From the NCBI GenBank assembly GCA_030770535.1, contig JASVEC010000018.1:620001-684000 (forward strand): a DNA stretch of 64,000 nt, read 5' to 3'. Within the stretch, counting starts at the first letter, position 1; each line of letters starts with the position of its first letter. This document shows positions 16,422-30,211 of this stretch, in pieces. The position numbers were made by a program, and so were the translations under genes. The stretch comes from Batkoa obscura. Taxonomy: Eukaryota. The notes beneath the pieces were generated by a model. It ran no database searches. It saw nothing but the letters and a program-made list of their open reading frames with translations, and had not been told where the DNA came from.

Positions 16422-18354
16422 ATGACGAGTAAACAAGTGAACTCGATTGAAGAAGCTAAACTTAATTACTTGTGTATTTATAATAATGAACTAGATTTAA
16501 AAGAGGATGAAACAAATAAAGATTTAATACTATACTATGGTATTGAACAAGATATAAGACAAGACTTAACAAAATCTGAGGAAAAGGAAGAGGGAGAAGT
16601 AACAGTGACAGAAGAAGAATTAATTACTGAAGAATTAAATTCAGACTCAGAAGAAGAAAAAGAGGAGGATGCCATTGTGAGGGGATACTCGAAAGATTAT
16701 GATACTATATTAAGACATATTGGTTTAGCTCAAGCTATGCTTAATTTTTCAAAGTAATAGAGTTTTATTTTATTATAATAGAAGAAGAATGTTGATTTTT
16801 ATTTAGTAATTTTTCTACTGAAGAAAAAGTACATACTGTTCACTCTAAAAAGAGTAGATTGATTATATTAAATCCAGAAGGTGATATCTATTTTTTATTA
16901 GTAAGTAAAAGGATAATTAACTTAAAGTTGATTTAATTTATAAATTTATTAGAGCATTAACCTCGGAATAAGAATAAGAAAAAGTGAAACAAATAGTAGT
17001 TTAACTGTAGTGGATTATATGGATAAAGAATTAAATGATTTAAGTTTAAAAACAATGTTAAATAAAGCTTATTTAGGATTTAAGGTAAGTAAATTTAAAG
17101 CATAAGATATAAAATAAATTGATCGTATTTTAGTTAGGCCATGGTAGTATCACTAATTTACTTGATAAAAAAGGAGTCAAAAAAACACAATATTATTTAA
17201 CAGAATATTTCGATCACTATTTAAGTCGAGGATTTTCATTAAACAGTTTAACAATTGAAAATAATTTAAATGGGATTCAACTATTTTCAACTAGTAAATC
17301 TACTTTTTTATATTTACAAAATCAATTAAAAAATATTCAATTGGAAAATAATTCAATATTTCATTTATCGTTTTTCTATAATCAAAAGTTGATATGGTCA
17401 GGAGCCCATATGCCTATTGATATCTCTAATTTAATGTTAAATGTAATTAAACAGTTAGATAATAAAATCAATCAAGTGAAGGATGATGACAAGAAAAACG
17501 TAAGTTATTATTTATTTATTTATTTATTGTTTTAATTATTTGTATAGAGGAATTCCTTCTTTTCATTAATAACCCCCTATTTATTTAATAATACAAGTAC
17601 AAATACAGAAACGGAAGATATAGATATTACATTTCAACCTAAATTTATAAAAGAATGGGATCCAAAATCAGCAATTAATGGTAAATTAAGAACTCAACAA
17701 AAACAAACAATAATAAAAACAATTTATATAAATCAACAAAAATTGTATAGTATGATTTATCAAATATATCCTAAAGGTTATTTAATATTGTATTTTAAAA
17801 ATAGACAGGATATTAACATAAATCGATTAAATCAAAGTATATCAACTCATTTAAATGAACAATTATTCAATTTTATTAAAAAAGATTCACAACATCAATT
17901 ACAACTAAAAAAGAATATTAAATCTAACCCCTTTAATTATTGTTATTTTAATGGTTTAAATCTAGCTATTGAATCTAACTTAATTGATTTACCTGTACAA
18001 GTTCATTGTCTATTATTAGAGTTACAAAATGATTTATTGTTATTAAATAATAATAATAATAACGACAGTAATAATAATAATAATAATAACGACAGTAATA
18101 ATAATAATAAGGAAATCTTATTAAGAACAATATCAACAAATCATTTTCCTCCTCTTTGGATTGGTGTCAAATATAATTTGGATTTTCAATTATTTTTTAT
18201 TATTAATAAAGATAATAATAACCTAATGGAAGTAGAAGGTAATATAAATTACTCCATTTTATTTATATAAGGGTATTAATGATTCTTATTTACTTTAGAA
18301 CATATACAAACAATCTCTAACTTCTATTTTACTAATTTATTTTTAAATGATTAA
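16422..18354 (+). CDS. CCZ1: Vacuolar fusion protein Ccz1-like (longin domains), multi-exon
   Basis: LNYLCIYN..L...DLILYY, LRHIGLAQAMLNFS|..VHTVHSKKSRLIILNPEGDIYF is typical of the first Ccz1 longin domain; ends LMEVE|EHIQTISNFYF. Confidence 0.75.
18046..18108 (+). repeat. In-frame (AAT)n microsatellite with duplicated AACGACAGT unit (poly-Asn)
   Basis: Encodes NNNNNNDSNNNNNNNDSNNNN inside CCZ1. Confidence 0.9.
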
Positions 18355-18773
18355 GGAAAAACTCAAATTAGGTTGAATTTCAAATAAAGAAATTAAGGTT
18401 AAAATTAATTTCCCATGTATATTTCATATTTTGACATTTTTTATACATGTTTTAAGCTTTATTCCAAAGAATAAGTAGTCTCATTATTAAAAAGTTAATT
18501 TATATTTCAAGAAGAAATTACTGTATCCTTGAAATTAAAATTGAACCAATGAAGTCATTATACTTCTTTACATGAAGTTCATTTATAGGTTGTATTTTAA
18601 AGTTGAATAATCTAAGAATAAAGAAATAAAGAAATAATAAAAATACACTAATAATACAACATAAAACCTAATGACCCTGTAAACTAAAATATTTTGTCTC
18701 TTTAATAATTTTAATTGAAAATTATACATATTCAATACTTTATTAAAATACAAAAAATAATTCAAACAATAAT

Positions 18774-20014
18774 ATGGAAGTAGCTGGTGTAGAAGATAGT
18801 CATCATATTCATGGTACTTTTATGACTGAATTCATGGCAGGCACCGTTGGTGGTTGTTGTGAAGTTTTAGTTGGTCATCCATTTGATACGATTAAAGTAA
18901 ATTATTTAAAGAAAAACATTTAAAGACTAATAAATAATAAAAGGTACGTATCCAAACACAAGACTTAAGAAATCCAATTTATAAAGGAGCTGTAGATTGT
19001 TTTAAAAAAACTCTAGAAACTGAAAAGGTAAGCTATTAATTTAAATATAAACTGCTTTATTATTATTACTATTTAAATAATTAATGCTAAATTATTATCA
19101 TTATTAGGTTACTGGTTTATATAGAGGAGTAACACCCCCATTGATAACCGTTGGGTTTTGTTCAGCTATTATTTTTTCAAGTAATGGTTATTTTAGAAGA
19201 TTGCTAAACCCAAATCCAAATCCATATGTCGGTTTAGAAGATTTATCTTTAGGTAAGTAAAATTATTATTTTTTGTTACTTTTTATTATTACCGTTATAT
19301 AGAATATAATATTAACATATATGTATAGGTAGAACAGCTTTAGCAGGAGCAATGACAGGTTCTATTATTGGATGTTTTTATTGTCCTATGGAATTATTGA
19401 AAATTAGAATGCAAACCCAAACTATTTTTAAAGTAAGTTTAAAATATTATAGTATAATTTATTAATAAGTTTTAATGAATAATAATAAAATAGACAAAGT
19501 ATAACGGACTAATAGATTGTGCTAAACAAACAATTAAAAGAGATGGCTTAAGTGGTATGTATCGAGGATTTGGTGTTACACTTACTAGAGATATGGCTTG
19601 TTTTGCTGGTTATTTTTGTAAGTTTTAATTTAGTTTATTAAATGAAATACTATAATCAAAATTCAATTAGCAATGTATCATTTTATGCGTAATCTGTATA
19701 TTGAAAAATTATCTCCAGAAGGTTTTAACAAAGATACGGATGATTTACCTTTTTCATATTTATTTTTGTCAGGTGGATTATCAGGAATAGCTTGTTGGTT
19801 AACATCTTATCCTCAAGATATAATTAAATCAAATATTCAATCTTCCCCTGTTAAAGTTGGTGTTATTGAAACTATTAAGAGAATTTATAGGTTTAGCGGT
19901 TTACGTGGATTTACTTATGGTTTAGCTCCTACTTTATTAAGATCTTTTCCTGCTAATGCGGCTACTTTTATTGGTTATGAGACTGCAATGAAGTTTTTAA
20001 ATAATAGAAATTAA
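18774..20014 (+). CDS. Mitochondrial carrier (SLC25), carnitine/basic amino-acid carrier clade (6 exons)
   Basis: Three carrier signature repeats: GHPFDTIK|VRIQ, CPMELLKIRMQ, YPQDIIKSNIQ; also LLRSFPANAATFIGYE. Confidence 0.9.
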
Positions 20015-20139
20015 GAGAAAAGGAAAGATTAAAGAAATATTTTGTTTATATAGAATTTGGATGTTAATCTAGAAAATATTCTCATTTAGAATCTCTTGGT
20101 TGAGATAAGTTATCTTCTCCTAACTTTTTTATTAATAAA

Positions 20140-20360
20140 ATTAATGTTATTTTTATTATTATTATTATTATTTCATTATGTTAATTTATTATTTGTATAT
20201 TATTATCATTATTATCATTATTATTATTTCATTATTTCAATCTACTATCATTTGTTTCTATTATTTCATTATGTTGATTTATTATTTATTTTTATAATTT
20301 TGTTATTTTAATGTATCATTTATTTTTATTGTTTTATTATTTATTTTTATTTTATTTATT
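20140..20360. repeat. Low-complexity (TTA/TCA)n intergenic tract
   Basis: Degenerate TTA triplet array with a repeated TTATTTCATTATGTT unit. Confidence 0.7.
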
Positions 20361-20608
20361 CTCAAATACGATGTAAATTCATAGATTGTAATTTTAAGAT
20401 CAAAATAAATAAAAAATAAAGTGCAATTCTAATAAAAAATACCATAAATTTGAGATTAGTAATTCTTTAAGATCATCTGATATATTTTAAAAAACTATTG
20501 ATTTGTAAATAACATGTTAAAATTTTTCGTTTTATTGTCTTATTCTTTCTTGTTTTAAATTGTATTATTTATAATAATTATAATTTATTTTAATATTGAT
20601 AATAAAAG

Positions 20609-21636
20609 ATGATACCTATTATTGAACTTCCTCATGGCTTAAATTTGAAAAAAACAATAAAAAAGTTATTAAAATTAAATTTATATAATAATAACTATAA
20701 CCACGATACTATAACAAATAGTAGTAACAACCCATATAATAATAATAGCAATAATAATAATAACAATAATAATAATATTAGTAGTAAATCAAAACCAACG
20801 TATATTAATCCTCAATTAATTCCTAATAAATCGCATTTAAGTCATTCTGAAATTATGAATATACATTTATTAAAAAACGAAGCTTGGTATTTAAATAACA
20901 TATCAAACATAATAATATTTAAGGAAAATAATAATAATATCAATAATAAGAACAGAGAACAAATAAAAACATATTTATCCAACTTACCAATATTAAGTGA
21001 AAAAAGATATCGATATTTTGAAGTATTAATTGAAAATAAAACTAATAGTGATATTATTTCTATCGGTTTTTCAGCTCGTCATTTTGATCAATATTTAATG
21101 TTAGGTAATATAAAAATACTTAAATTATATAATATAGTACTCTTATATTAACTTTCATTATTTCTTTAGGACAACATGATTATTCTTATGGTTTGTGTAT
21201 TAATGATAGTAAATTATATTCTACAATGAATAATAATAATAATATTACTATTTCCTTCCCAATTAGAGATCTCAATCAAAGTGGTAGTATTATAGGCTGT
21301 GGATTAACTCCTAACAATGAATTATTTTATACTTTTGATCAGAAGTTAATAGTTACTCCATTCATATTAAATTTTGAATGTTTTCCAGCAATTTCTTATT
21401 ATAATATTAGCTTAGACTCATATCTTAAACATAATTTTAAATATAATAAGAATACTACTATCAGTAATAATAATATTAAATGTAAACTTAAATTGAATTT
21501 TGGTACAAGACCATATATTTACAATGATGCTTTGTTTCTTAATATGTCCATGTTTTGCAATTCTTTTTCTAATCCACCATCTCCTTCTTATGAGTTGCAT
21601 CAAAATGATCTTTTATGGTGTACTTCGGGTTACTAG
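20609..21636 (+). CDS. SPRY-domain protein, Ssh4/Ear1-like (2 exons)
   Basis: YRYFEVLI...ISIGFS...MLG|QHDYSYGLCINDSKLY...IIGCG...LFYT...FPAIS...LNFG.RPYIY pattern; intron ~21104-21169. Confidence 0.7.
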
Positions 21637-22220
21637 AGTTTTGCTTAATTAAATTGGGTAAATTTTTTGTTTAGAATCGATTACTATTCTTTATTTTTTG
21701 AAATAAATTCTTTGTATTTTTATATTTTATATTTTCGATTTAAACAACTTTTTTAATGGCTCATATTATAAAAATGATTGCCTTTTTTCATCATTTGATA
21801 GTATTGCTTGGTTCTTAATTTATTTGGAAAATTAAGTGTGACTTGAGGAGTTGCTGTTTTTTATTTATTTATTTTATATAATTGATCATTTATAATAATA
21901 ATAATATATTATAAGGCCGTAATAATAATAACATTATAATCATAACAGAACAGCTATTACATAATACAAAAACTGAAGAATAACTTACATTTTAAAATAG
22001 AATAGAAAGCTGATTACTTATAAAAGTAGATGTCTAATACTCATAAAGAAATCGAACAAATTAAACCTTTCCTTAATTTTAAATAGTCTAATTTAATAGG
22101 CTTAGGTAAAAAAAAAATGGGTTAACAAAGGTGAAAAAAAGTGACTAAATCAATGACTTTTTTATTCTTTTCATAAACCAATTTCAATAAACAAATAACC
22201 CCACATAAAAAAAGCACAAA

Positions 22221-23905
22221 ATGAATAGTAGCAGTAATAGTGCATCTTATACAAATCCAATATTACCCATCGTCAATACAAGTGGACCCACTGCAGGAAC
22301 TTCAATTTCACGAACTTCTTCTAAAAGTTCTTCTAGTTTACAGTTACAACCAACTGCTCAAAATCAAAATTCAGTTAAAGATAATAGTATTTACATCGAA
22401 AATAAAAGGTGTTGGATTTGTTTTGGAGAAGAAAATGATAGTGAAGGTCATTGGATTAAACCTTGCCATTGTTCTTTAATTTCTCATGAAGAATGTTTAT
22501 TATCTTGGATTGCGGAAAATCAAAAATTTGAAGCTAATAAAAGGGTAAATTTAAATTTAACGAGTTGATTTATGATTTATGAATTATAATTATATCATTT
22601 ACACATATGTTAGGTTCATTGTCCACAATGTAATCAAGTTTATCAATTAAGTGAACCACCTTCTTTTTTTATTGATTTATTTAATCGTATTGACAATATA
22701 CTTCAATCAACCGTACCTTATATTACTTTAGTGGGCTTAACTGGTTCTATTTTAGTTACTTCAACTACCTATGGGTAAATATTATTGACTATGTTTAATA
22801 TAAGTATTAAATTAATATATAATATCATAATGTAAATAGTGCGTATGCAGTACTTACTATATGTGGATCTGAAGAAGGAGAAAGATTACTAGGTTCACCA
22901 AACCCTTGGGGTTGGAGAGTATGGGTAAGATTAATAATATATTATTCATTAATTAGAAAATGATTTAATTCTAATTATTTTGTTGTAATAATTAATAGTT
23001 AGGATTACCATTAATACCATGGATATTGATAGGATCTAGATCCAATTATCTAGATTCACTTATGCCATTATTACCTATATTGGTATTAGGTAATGAACAA
23101 ATTCAATTTAATTTCCCACCTTCTCCATCTTTAGTATTATCCGTGTTACCTTGGATTAGGTAATTACTGTTGTTATTATAAGAATATAGTTTATAATATT
23201 ATTTTTTATAATAGAATAATTTATAATACAAGTTGGGAATATATTTTTGGTAAAATGGAAAAAGGATGGGTAGAGCAAATTCGAAATCAAATGAATATTA
23301 GCGGAAGTTTGAATGGAAATGAAAATAATAACGAAGCAAATGGAGCAGAGAATAATAATAATACTCATAATAATAATGGTATATTGGAAATTGAATGGGA
23401 AGTTAATATTGGAAATCCAGGTCAAAGTAGAATGATTAATAGAAATGCCAATGCTAATGATACCATTGCTTATGCATTGGGTGAAAGAAAAGATATTGCT
23501 CGTACTATTGTGGGCGCTTTATTGTTGCCTGGTAAGTTTATTATGAATTATTAGTTGTGTTTGTATTGATTCAATTTTTGTTATATAGCTTTGTCTTCTA
23601 TGTCTGGAAAGTAAGATTATTGATATTAACTATAAAATCCAAATAAGATATTAATATATAATATAGTATATTAGGATATTTTCCAATGATTAAGAATCGA
23701 TTTTTACCAACTACTTTTTTAAGATCTATTGTTGGTGGCTGTTTTTTTATATTTTTAAAGGTAACTGATAATAATAATAACTTATTATATTTATTGCATT
23801 TATTGATTAATAATACTATAGGATATAACTAATCTTATATATAAATATTACCTTATACGTCGATTACGTAAACGTACAATTCAATCAGTAGCGCCAATAC
23901 AATAA
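22221..23905 (+). CDS. RING-CH E3 ubiquitin ligase, MARCH5/MITOL-like (multi-exon)
   Basis: RCWICFGEE...WIKPCHCSLISHEECLLSWI...|VHCPQC (RINGv), then TM segments, LGLPLIP, ARTIVGALLLP, RSIVGGCFFIFLK|D..NLIYKY. Confidence 0.85.
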
Positions 23906-24119
23906 TAAGAGTAATACAGTAAATTGAGCTACTTATTAGTATTATTATTAATATTAATAATGTTTTGTAATATTAGTAGTTTTTGGTTATTATTATTAGT
24001 TTAAGAATATAAATTTTTTATATGAATTTAAAGTCCTAAATTGCAATAATTATTGAATGTTTTTTAAATAAAATAGCAAAAAAGAAAAAAAAAGGAAATT
24101 AATTTCAATTTTTATTGTA

Positions 24120-25385
<1,266 letters not shown>

Positions 25386-26152
25386 TCTATATCTTCTATG
25401 TTGATTTAATTAAAAGTATTTTTTGTCATTTTGTTATTTTTGTCGAGAAATTGACAATAGCCAATTATTAACTTATTTTAAAATTAAATTATTACTGTTA
25501 AGAGTATTTAATTTCATTTTTTCGCTTTTTTAAGCAATAAAGAAATTGGGCAATTTTTCAGAGTCTTTGAAGGTTATATTTCGCTTGTTCTTTTCGAATG
25601 AAAATGTATTTTAGTTGCTTAATAGATATTGATTTATCACCATGTAAGTGGAAAATAGTAAGTTGTTAAAGCTATTTTATTTGGTGAGGTTTATTCATTA
25701 AAAAGCGCCAAGTGAAAAGATATCAACTTATGAACAAACTAAGCTTACTTTTTATGTTAATAACCAATTTAAATTAACATTCGATTTTTTACACTTGTTT
25801 AGTTAAAGGTGTTTTATAACAAATAAAACAATAAGTGTTCCTTATAATACGTATTATTTATTAGAATATTATTTTAAATTAATAAATTTTAATTAGTATA
25901 AACAAAATTGATATTTCTATCTACCAATTAAATAACTTCATTAAAATAGCATGATATTTTTAAGAAATCCAATAATCGAATTAATATAAATTTGTATAAC
26001 AACCTCGATCATTGGCTACACAATACTAGGTTAAAAAAATAGGCGGGGAAAAATGAAAAGAGGAACAACACAAGTAACCCCAGAAAACCATAAAAGGGAC
26101 AGAATTAAAATTGAATCGAACTTTTATCTTTTTTGTTAAATAAATAAAAAAT

Positions 26153-27241
26153 ATGCCACCCCAGACCAAAGAGAATTTCGAACTTGAAAAAGAAGAAGGC
26201 TTTGATACCCGCCATCCATTATATAATGGTTTTTGGAAACGCTCAATCCCTTATGTCCATAAAGAGTTAGCCGTTGATAATCATGATGAACCACATCTTA
26301 AACGTAAGCATGCTATATTAGAAAAACATCCAGAGATTGAAAAATTATACGGTACCGAATTTTCTACTGTTTATATTATATTAGCATCTACTTCTGTTCA
26401 AATGTTTTTTGCTTACCTTTTTGGTAGAGTATTAACAGACTGGAATTGGTCTATGGTAGCATTTGCTTATTTAGTAGGTGGTACCATATCTGCTTTATTT
26501 GGTTGTTTAATTCACGAATGTAGTCATAATTTGTTACATCCAAATCCATTAGTCAATCGTATCTTTGCTTTGATTGTTAATACAGGTATACCATTCCCAA
26601 TCTCTGCTTCTTTCCGCCGTTATCATTTGATTCATCATGCTTATCAAGGGGTTGAAGATAAAGATCCTGATCTTCCAATGAAATGGGAATATAAATTCAT
26701 TCGTGGAAGTTCGTTATTAAAAACTATTTGGGTATTTTGTTATGCTGGATTATATGTTATCCGCGGAGCTGCTATGTTAAAACCATTATCTTTTTGGGAG
26801 TATATGAATATTGCTTATATTATTACCGTAGATATCTTAGTTTATACTTTTTGGGGCCCAAGAGCATTATTATACCTTGCTCTTTCTCTATGGCTTGGCT
26901 ATGGCTTACATCCAGGAGCCGCTCACTTTGTGCAAGAACATTACACCTTTGAAGATGGACAAGAAACATATTCTTATTATGGTATACTTAATAAATTTTA
27001 TATAAATATTGGATACCATAATGAACACCATGATTTCACACAAATTCCATGGAACAAGTTACCAAAGATTAAAGAAATAGCCCCAGAATTTTATGATGGT
27101 TTAGCTTGTCACACTTCTTGGGTTTATATGCATTTCTTATTCATCTTTTCTGATAAAATGGGACCAATTTCTAGACTTAAACGTAGCTCCGAAGACTTCA
27201 ATCGTTCTCGTAAGTTACTATCTTCTAAAAAGAAATTATGA
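26153..27241 (+). CDS. DES1: Sphingolipid delta(4)-desaturase/C4-hydroxylase family (DES1/DEGS)
   Basis: N-terminal DEPHLKRKHAILEKHPEIEKLYG; His boxes HECSH, HLIHH, HNEHH; QETYSYYG; C-terminal KKKL (dilysine ER-retrieval-like). Confidence 0.92.
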   Translation: MPPQTKENFELEKEEGFDTRHPLYNGFWKRSIPYVHKELAVDNHDEPHLKRKHAILEKHPEIEKLYGTEFSTVYIILASTSVQMFFAYLFGRVLTDWNWSMVAFAYLVGGTISALFGCLIHECSHNLLHPNPLVNRIFALIVNTGIPFPISASFRRYHLIHHAYQGVEDKDPDLPMKWEYKFIRGSSLLKTIWVFCYAGLYVIRGAAMLKPLSFWEYMNIAYIITVDILVYTFWGPRALLYLALSLWLGYGLHPGAAHFVQEHYTFEDGQETYSYYGILNKFYINIGYHNEHHDFTQIPWNKLPKIKEIAPEFYDGLACHTSWVYMHFLFIFSDKMGPISRLKRSSEDFNRSRKLLSSKKKL

Positions 27242-28961
27242 TTGGGTATTGCTTATTTTTTATCCTGTTTTTTTAAATAGTTTATATGCTAAACTAGATA
27301 GTATTCTTTTATAAATTTTATATGTATTAGCCTTAATCTTTTTATTATATTTTTTAATAAATAAGTTGTTAAATATAAAAAGTGTATATTGGTTTGTATT
27401 ATATTGCTTTAAATACTTGACAATTTTAGACATCAATTACTTTTTCGATCAGTTTTGGGTTTTTTCTTTTAAACCTCGAAGAAACACGAACCCTCGAGTA
27501 TTTTATTTATGGAACTAGGCGAAAGTAATATAAAAATGAAAAAATAAAGGAGGTAAGGTAAAACCAAATATAGATACTCAAAAGTCAAGATCCCTTTTCT
27601 GAAGTGTAAAAGGTTAAGGACAACTGTTTAATGTTTGTTTTTATATAGAGACTTCCAAGGATGGAACAAGGAAGATGTGGGAGGATTATCAACTGATAAT
27701 TTATACAAAAATGAATCAATTAAAGGTAAGTTTTAATTACAAGGATTGGAGGAAAGGGAGGAAAGTTTTAAAAGGTCTAGTAATTTATTTATATAAGAGT
27801 TTAACTGATATTGAAGGCAGGCGTTGGATGGATAAAGGAAGTTATTGATTTTCTTGACTAAAGTTGAAAGGATTTATCGTTTAGATTTAAAAAATCACCT
27901 TAATGCAAATTCTTTTGGTAAACTACTACTATCCATGATCAACTATAATTGGTAGAATAGCTATTGAGTTTTTTAGAAGGAGTTCTCCTAGAAGACATCA
28001 ATATTGGAAATTGAACCTAATAAGGTGATTGAATAACTGACATCATTATAAATTTTCATTTATATGCTAAATGTCTCGTCTTCAATTAAACTTTTTAGCT
28101 GTTGCTTATGATGTTTATTATACTTTGACAAAATCATTTGAATGTTCTTTTAATAAGTTGTTGATCTATTAAACCTTATAAGCTTCAGATAAAGCTAATC
28201 TGTTTACTCATTTGGACAGCTTCTGCCCATCTGAAACATTGAGGCCTACTTAAGTATTAGACGGGTAGAGACCATCCAACATTAGTTAAATTATTTGTTA
28301 ATTTTAATTAAGCAATTTTTAAAAATTAAACCAAAAAATTTAGCATTACATAACTAGAGATTTAACAACTATCTAAAAAAGACAACTCAATACTGTTGCG
28401 AAAATTTTAGCCAATAGCCAAGAATTAAACCAATCAAATAACCAGTTAGCTTTATGAAGTGAAGTGTAGGATTAATTTGTAATGAAAGGGAAGGGGTTAA
28501 TAGTAATTGATGTTGAACTTTATAAATTTTTAAAGTTGATCTTTTAGTAAATTTTTTTGAAGCTTATAAGAGCATAGGGCCTTGTATATTTATTTATCAA
28601 TGCAAGCAAAGATAACATGAAAATAACAGTATAGATGATGTTAGAAAAGGAGGAGACTTTTGAAAATAATTGGACTTTTATTAGTTTCTTGCTTTTTTAA
28701 AATAAGATTCCTGTTTGTTAGATGCACTTGTTCTGTAAAAGAATAGAGAAAGTTGAAATACAAACTTTAATAGGAGAGATTTTTGTTTTGAACAGAATAG
28801 CTTTTATTGAATAATTTAGATTGACTCATAAAAAGACTTCATTCTAAAATAACTTTTCTACTTTAAAAACCATTAATACCTAAATAGAAGTTGTATAGTC
28901 TAAAGAATGAATTTATAACTTCGTTCTTTATCCTTTCCTTTTTAAATACAAAAATAATAAA

Positions 28962-29062
28962 TGGTGATGTTTTTTTTGGCTTCATCACTTTTTCTATCTT
29001 TTGAGCACTATTTGAGTGGAAAAATTATTAGTAAAATTCTTAAATACAAAAATACATCCCCA
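28962..29062 (-). mobile_element. MITE copy
   Basis: TGGTGATGT...ACATCCCCA ends; reverse-complement core. Confidence 0.85.
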
Positions 29063-29092
29063 AATATTTGTTAGCTGGAACTCAAAATTTTA

Positions 29093-29184
29093 TGAGGATT
29101 TCTCTTTTGTTTAAGAAATTTTACAACTTTTCTACTCAGTGCCTATAAAATAGAGAAAGTGATGAAACCAAAAAAACATTCCTA
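29093..29184 (+). mobile_element. MITE copy (diverged)
   Basis: TGAGGATT...TTTAAGAAATTTTAC...GATGAAACCAAAAAAACATTCCTA. Confidence 0.7.
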
Positions 29185-29296
29185 TCTTTTTTAAATAGTT
29201 TTAAAAAAAATCAGACATGAAATTTTTCAGATAACTTTATACTTAATTATATTAACTGCAATTTACAAATAAAAATGAGATTGTTTTTTAAGTTCA

Positions 29297-29397
29297 TGAG
29301 GATGTATTCCTTTATTTAAGAATTTTACTAATAAATTTTCCACTTAAATAGCGCTCAAAAAATGGAAAGTAATGAAATCAAAAAAAACATCCTCCTA
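29297..29397 (+). mobile_element. MITE copy
   Basis: TGAGGATGT...TTTAAGAATTTTACTAATAA...AAAACATCCTC. Confidence 0.8.
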
Positions 29398-30211
29398 TGT
29401 TTATGAATATTATTTGAATAATTAAGGTTTTTAAATAAAATTAAGTCTTTGATGGAAAGCCAATAATTATAAAAGGATATCCGATTAATTAAGGTATTGT
29501 CGTTCACCTCATATACTTATTTTAAGTAAGTTCCATGTGTTATTACAGATTCTAACTTAAAGTAACCACATTTTTTTGTTAAACTATTAATACTTGGGCT
29601 AAAATTAAATAAGTTGCTATACTGATATTAAATATTACGAAAAAATTATTTCAACAATTATTGAAAAATTAACTAGATTAAGTTAAAACATCATTTTCTT
29701 TATTAACTCAAGTAAACTTTAGTGATTCAAACGAGTTTTGAGAAAACTATCCCTTTTTGAAAAATAATAAAAAGTTATTTCTGGAATTTTATTTGAGTTT
29801 TTAAGCTTAAAAAGCTTTTTAATTAAACTTGTTTGTAAATGACTCTATTCCTTTTAGGATCTGTAGTAACTGAAAATAATTAATCATAAAAGATGATGTT
29901 AAACGTAACCGTTGAATATAATAAAGTGTTAATTAAAAAAAGACTGTTTAAAATCTAAGCTTAAGTGAAACCCCAATTCCCCGAATGAATGAGATAATAC
30001 AATAAAAAATGGCTAAAAATATACTTGTAATTTATTCTATAAGGAAACAAAGAAAGGATAATCCAAAGTTACTCCAGGCAACATTAAATAAAACAATTAA
30101 AATTGATTAGAGGGGGAGAAACAAGACCAAAGCTAGTTAATTAAAAAACACGAGGGATAAGGAATAAAATAAAATAAAATAATTTAGCTATCAAATTCTG
30201 TTCAAATCGAA

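Noticed and set aside
18523..18530. GTATCCTT U12-type donor-like sequence
   Set aside because: Intergenic; all introns I reconstructed are conventional GT-AG, and other RTATCCTT matches are not at junctions.
20096..20311. 71-aa hydrophobic ORF
   Set aside because: Translation of a TTA-type low-complexity tract with a non-ATG start.
28221..28270. Hairpin as a SECIS element or Helitron 3' end
   Set aside because: It lacks properly placed apical adenines, has no selenoprotein ORF upstream, and has no CTRR terminus at the expected distance.
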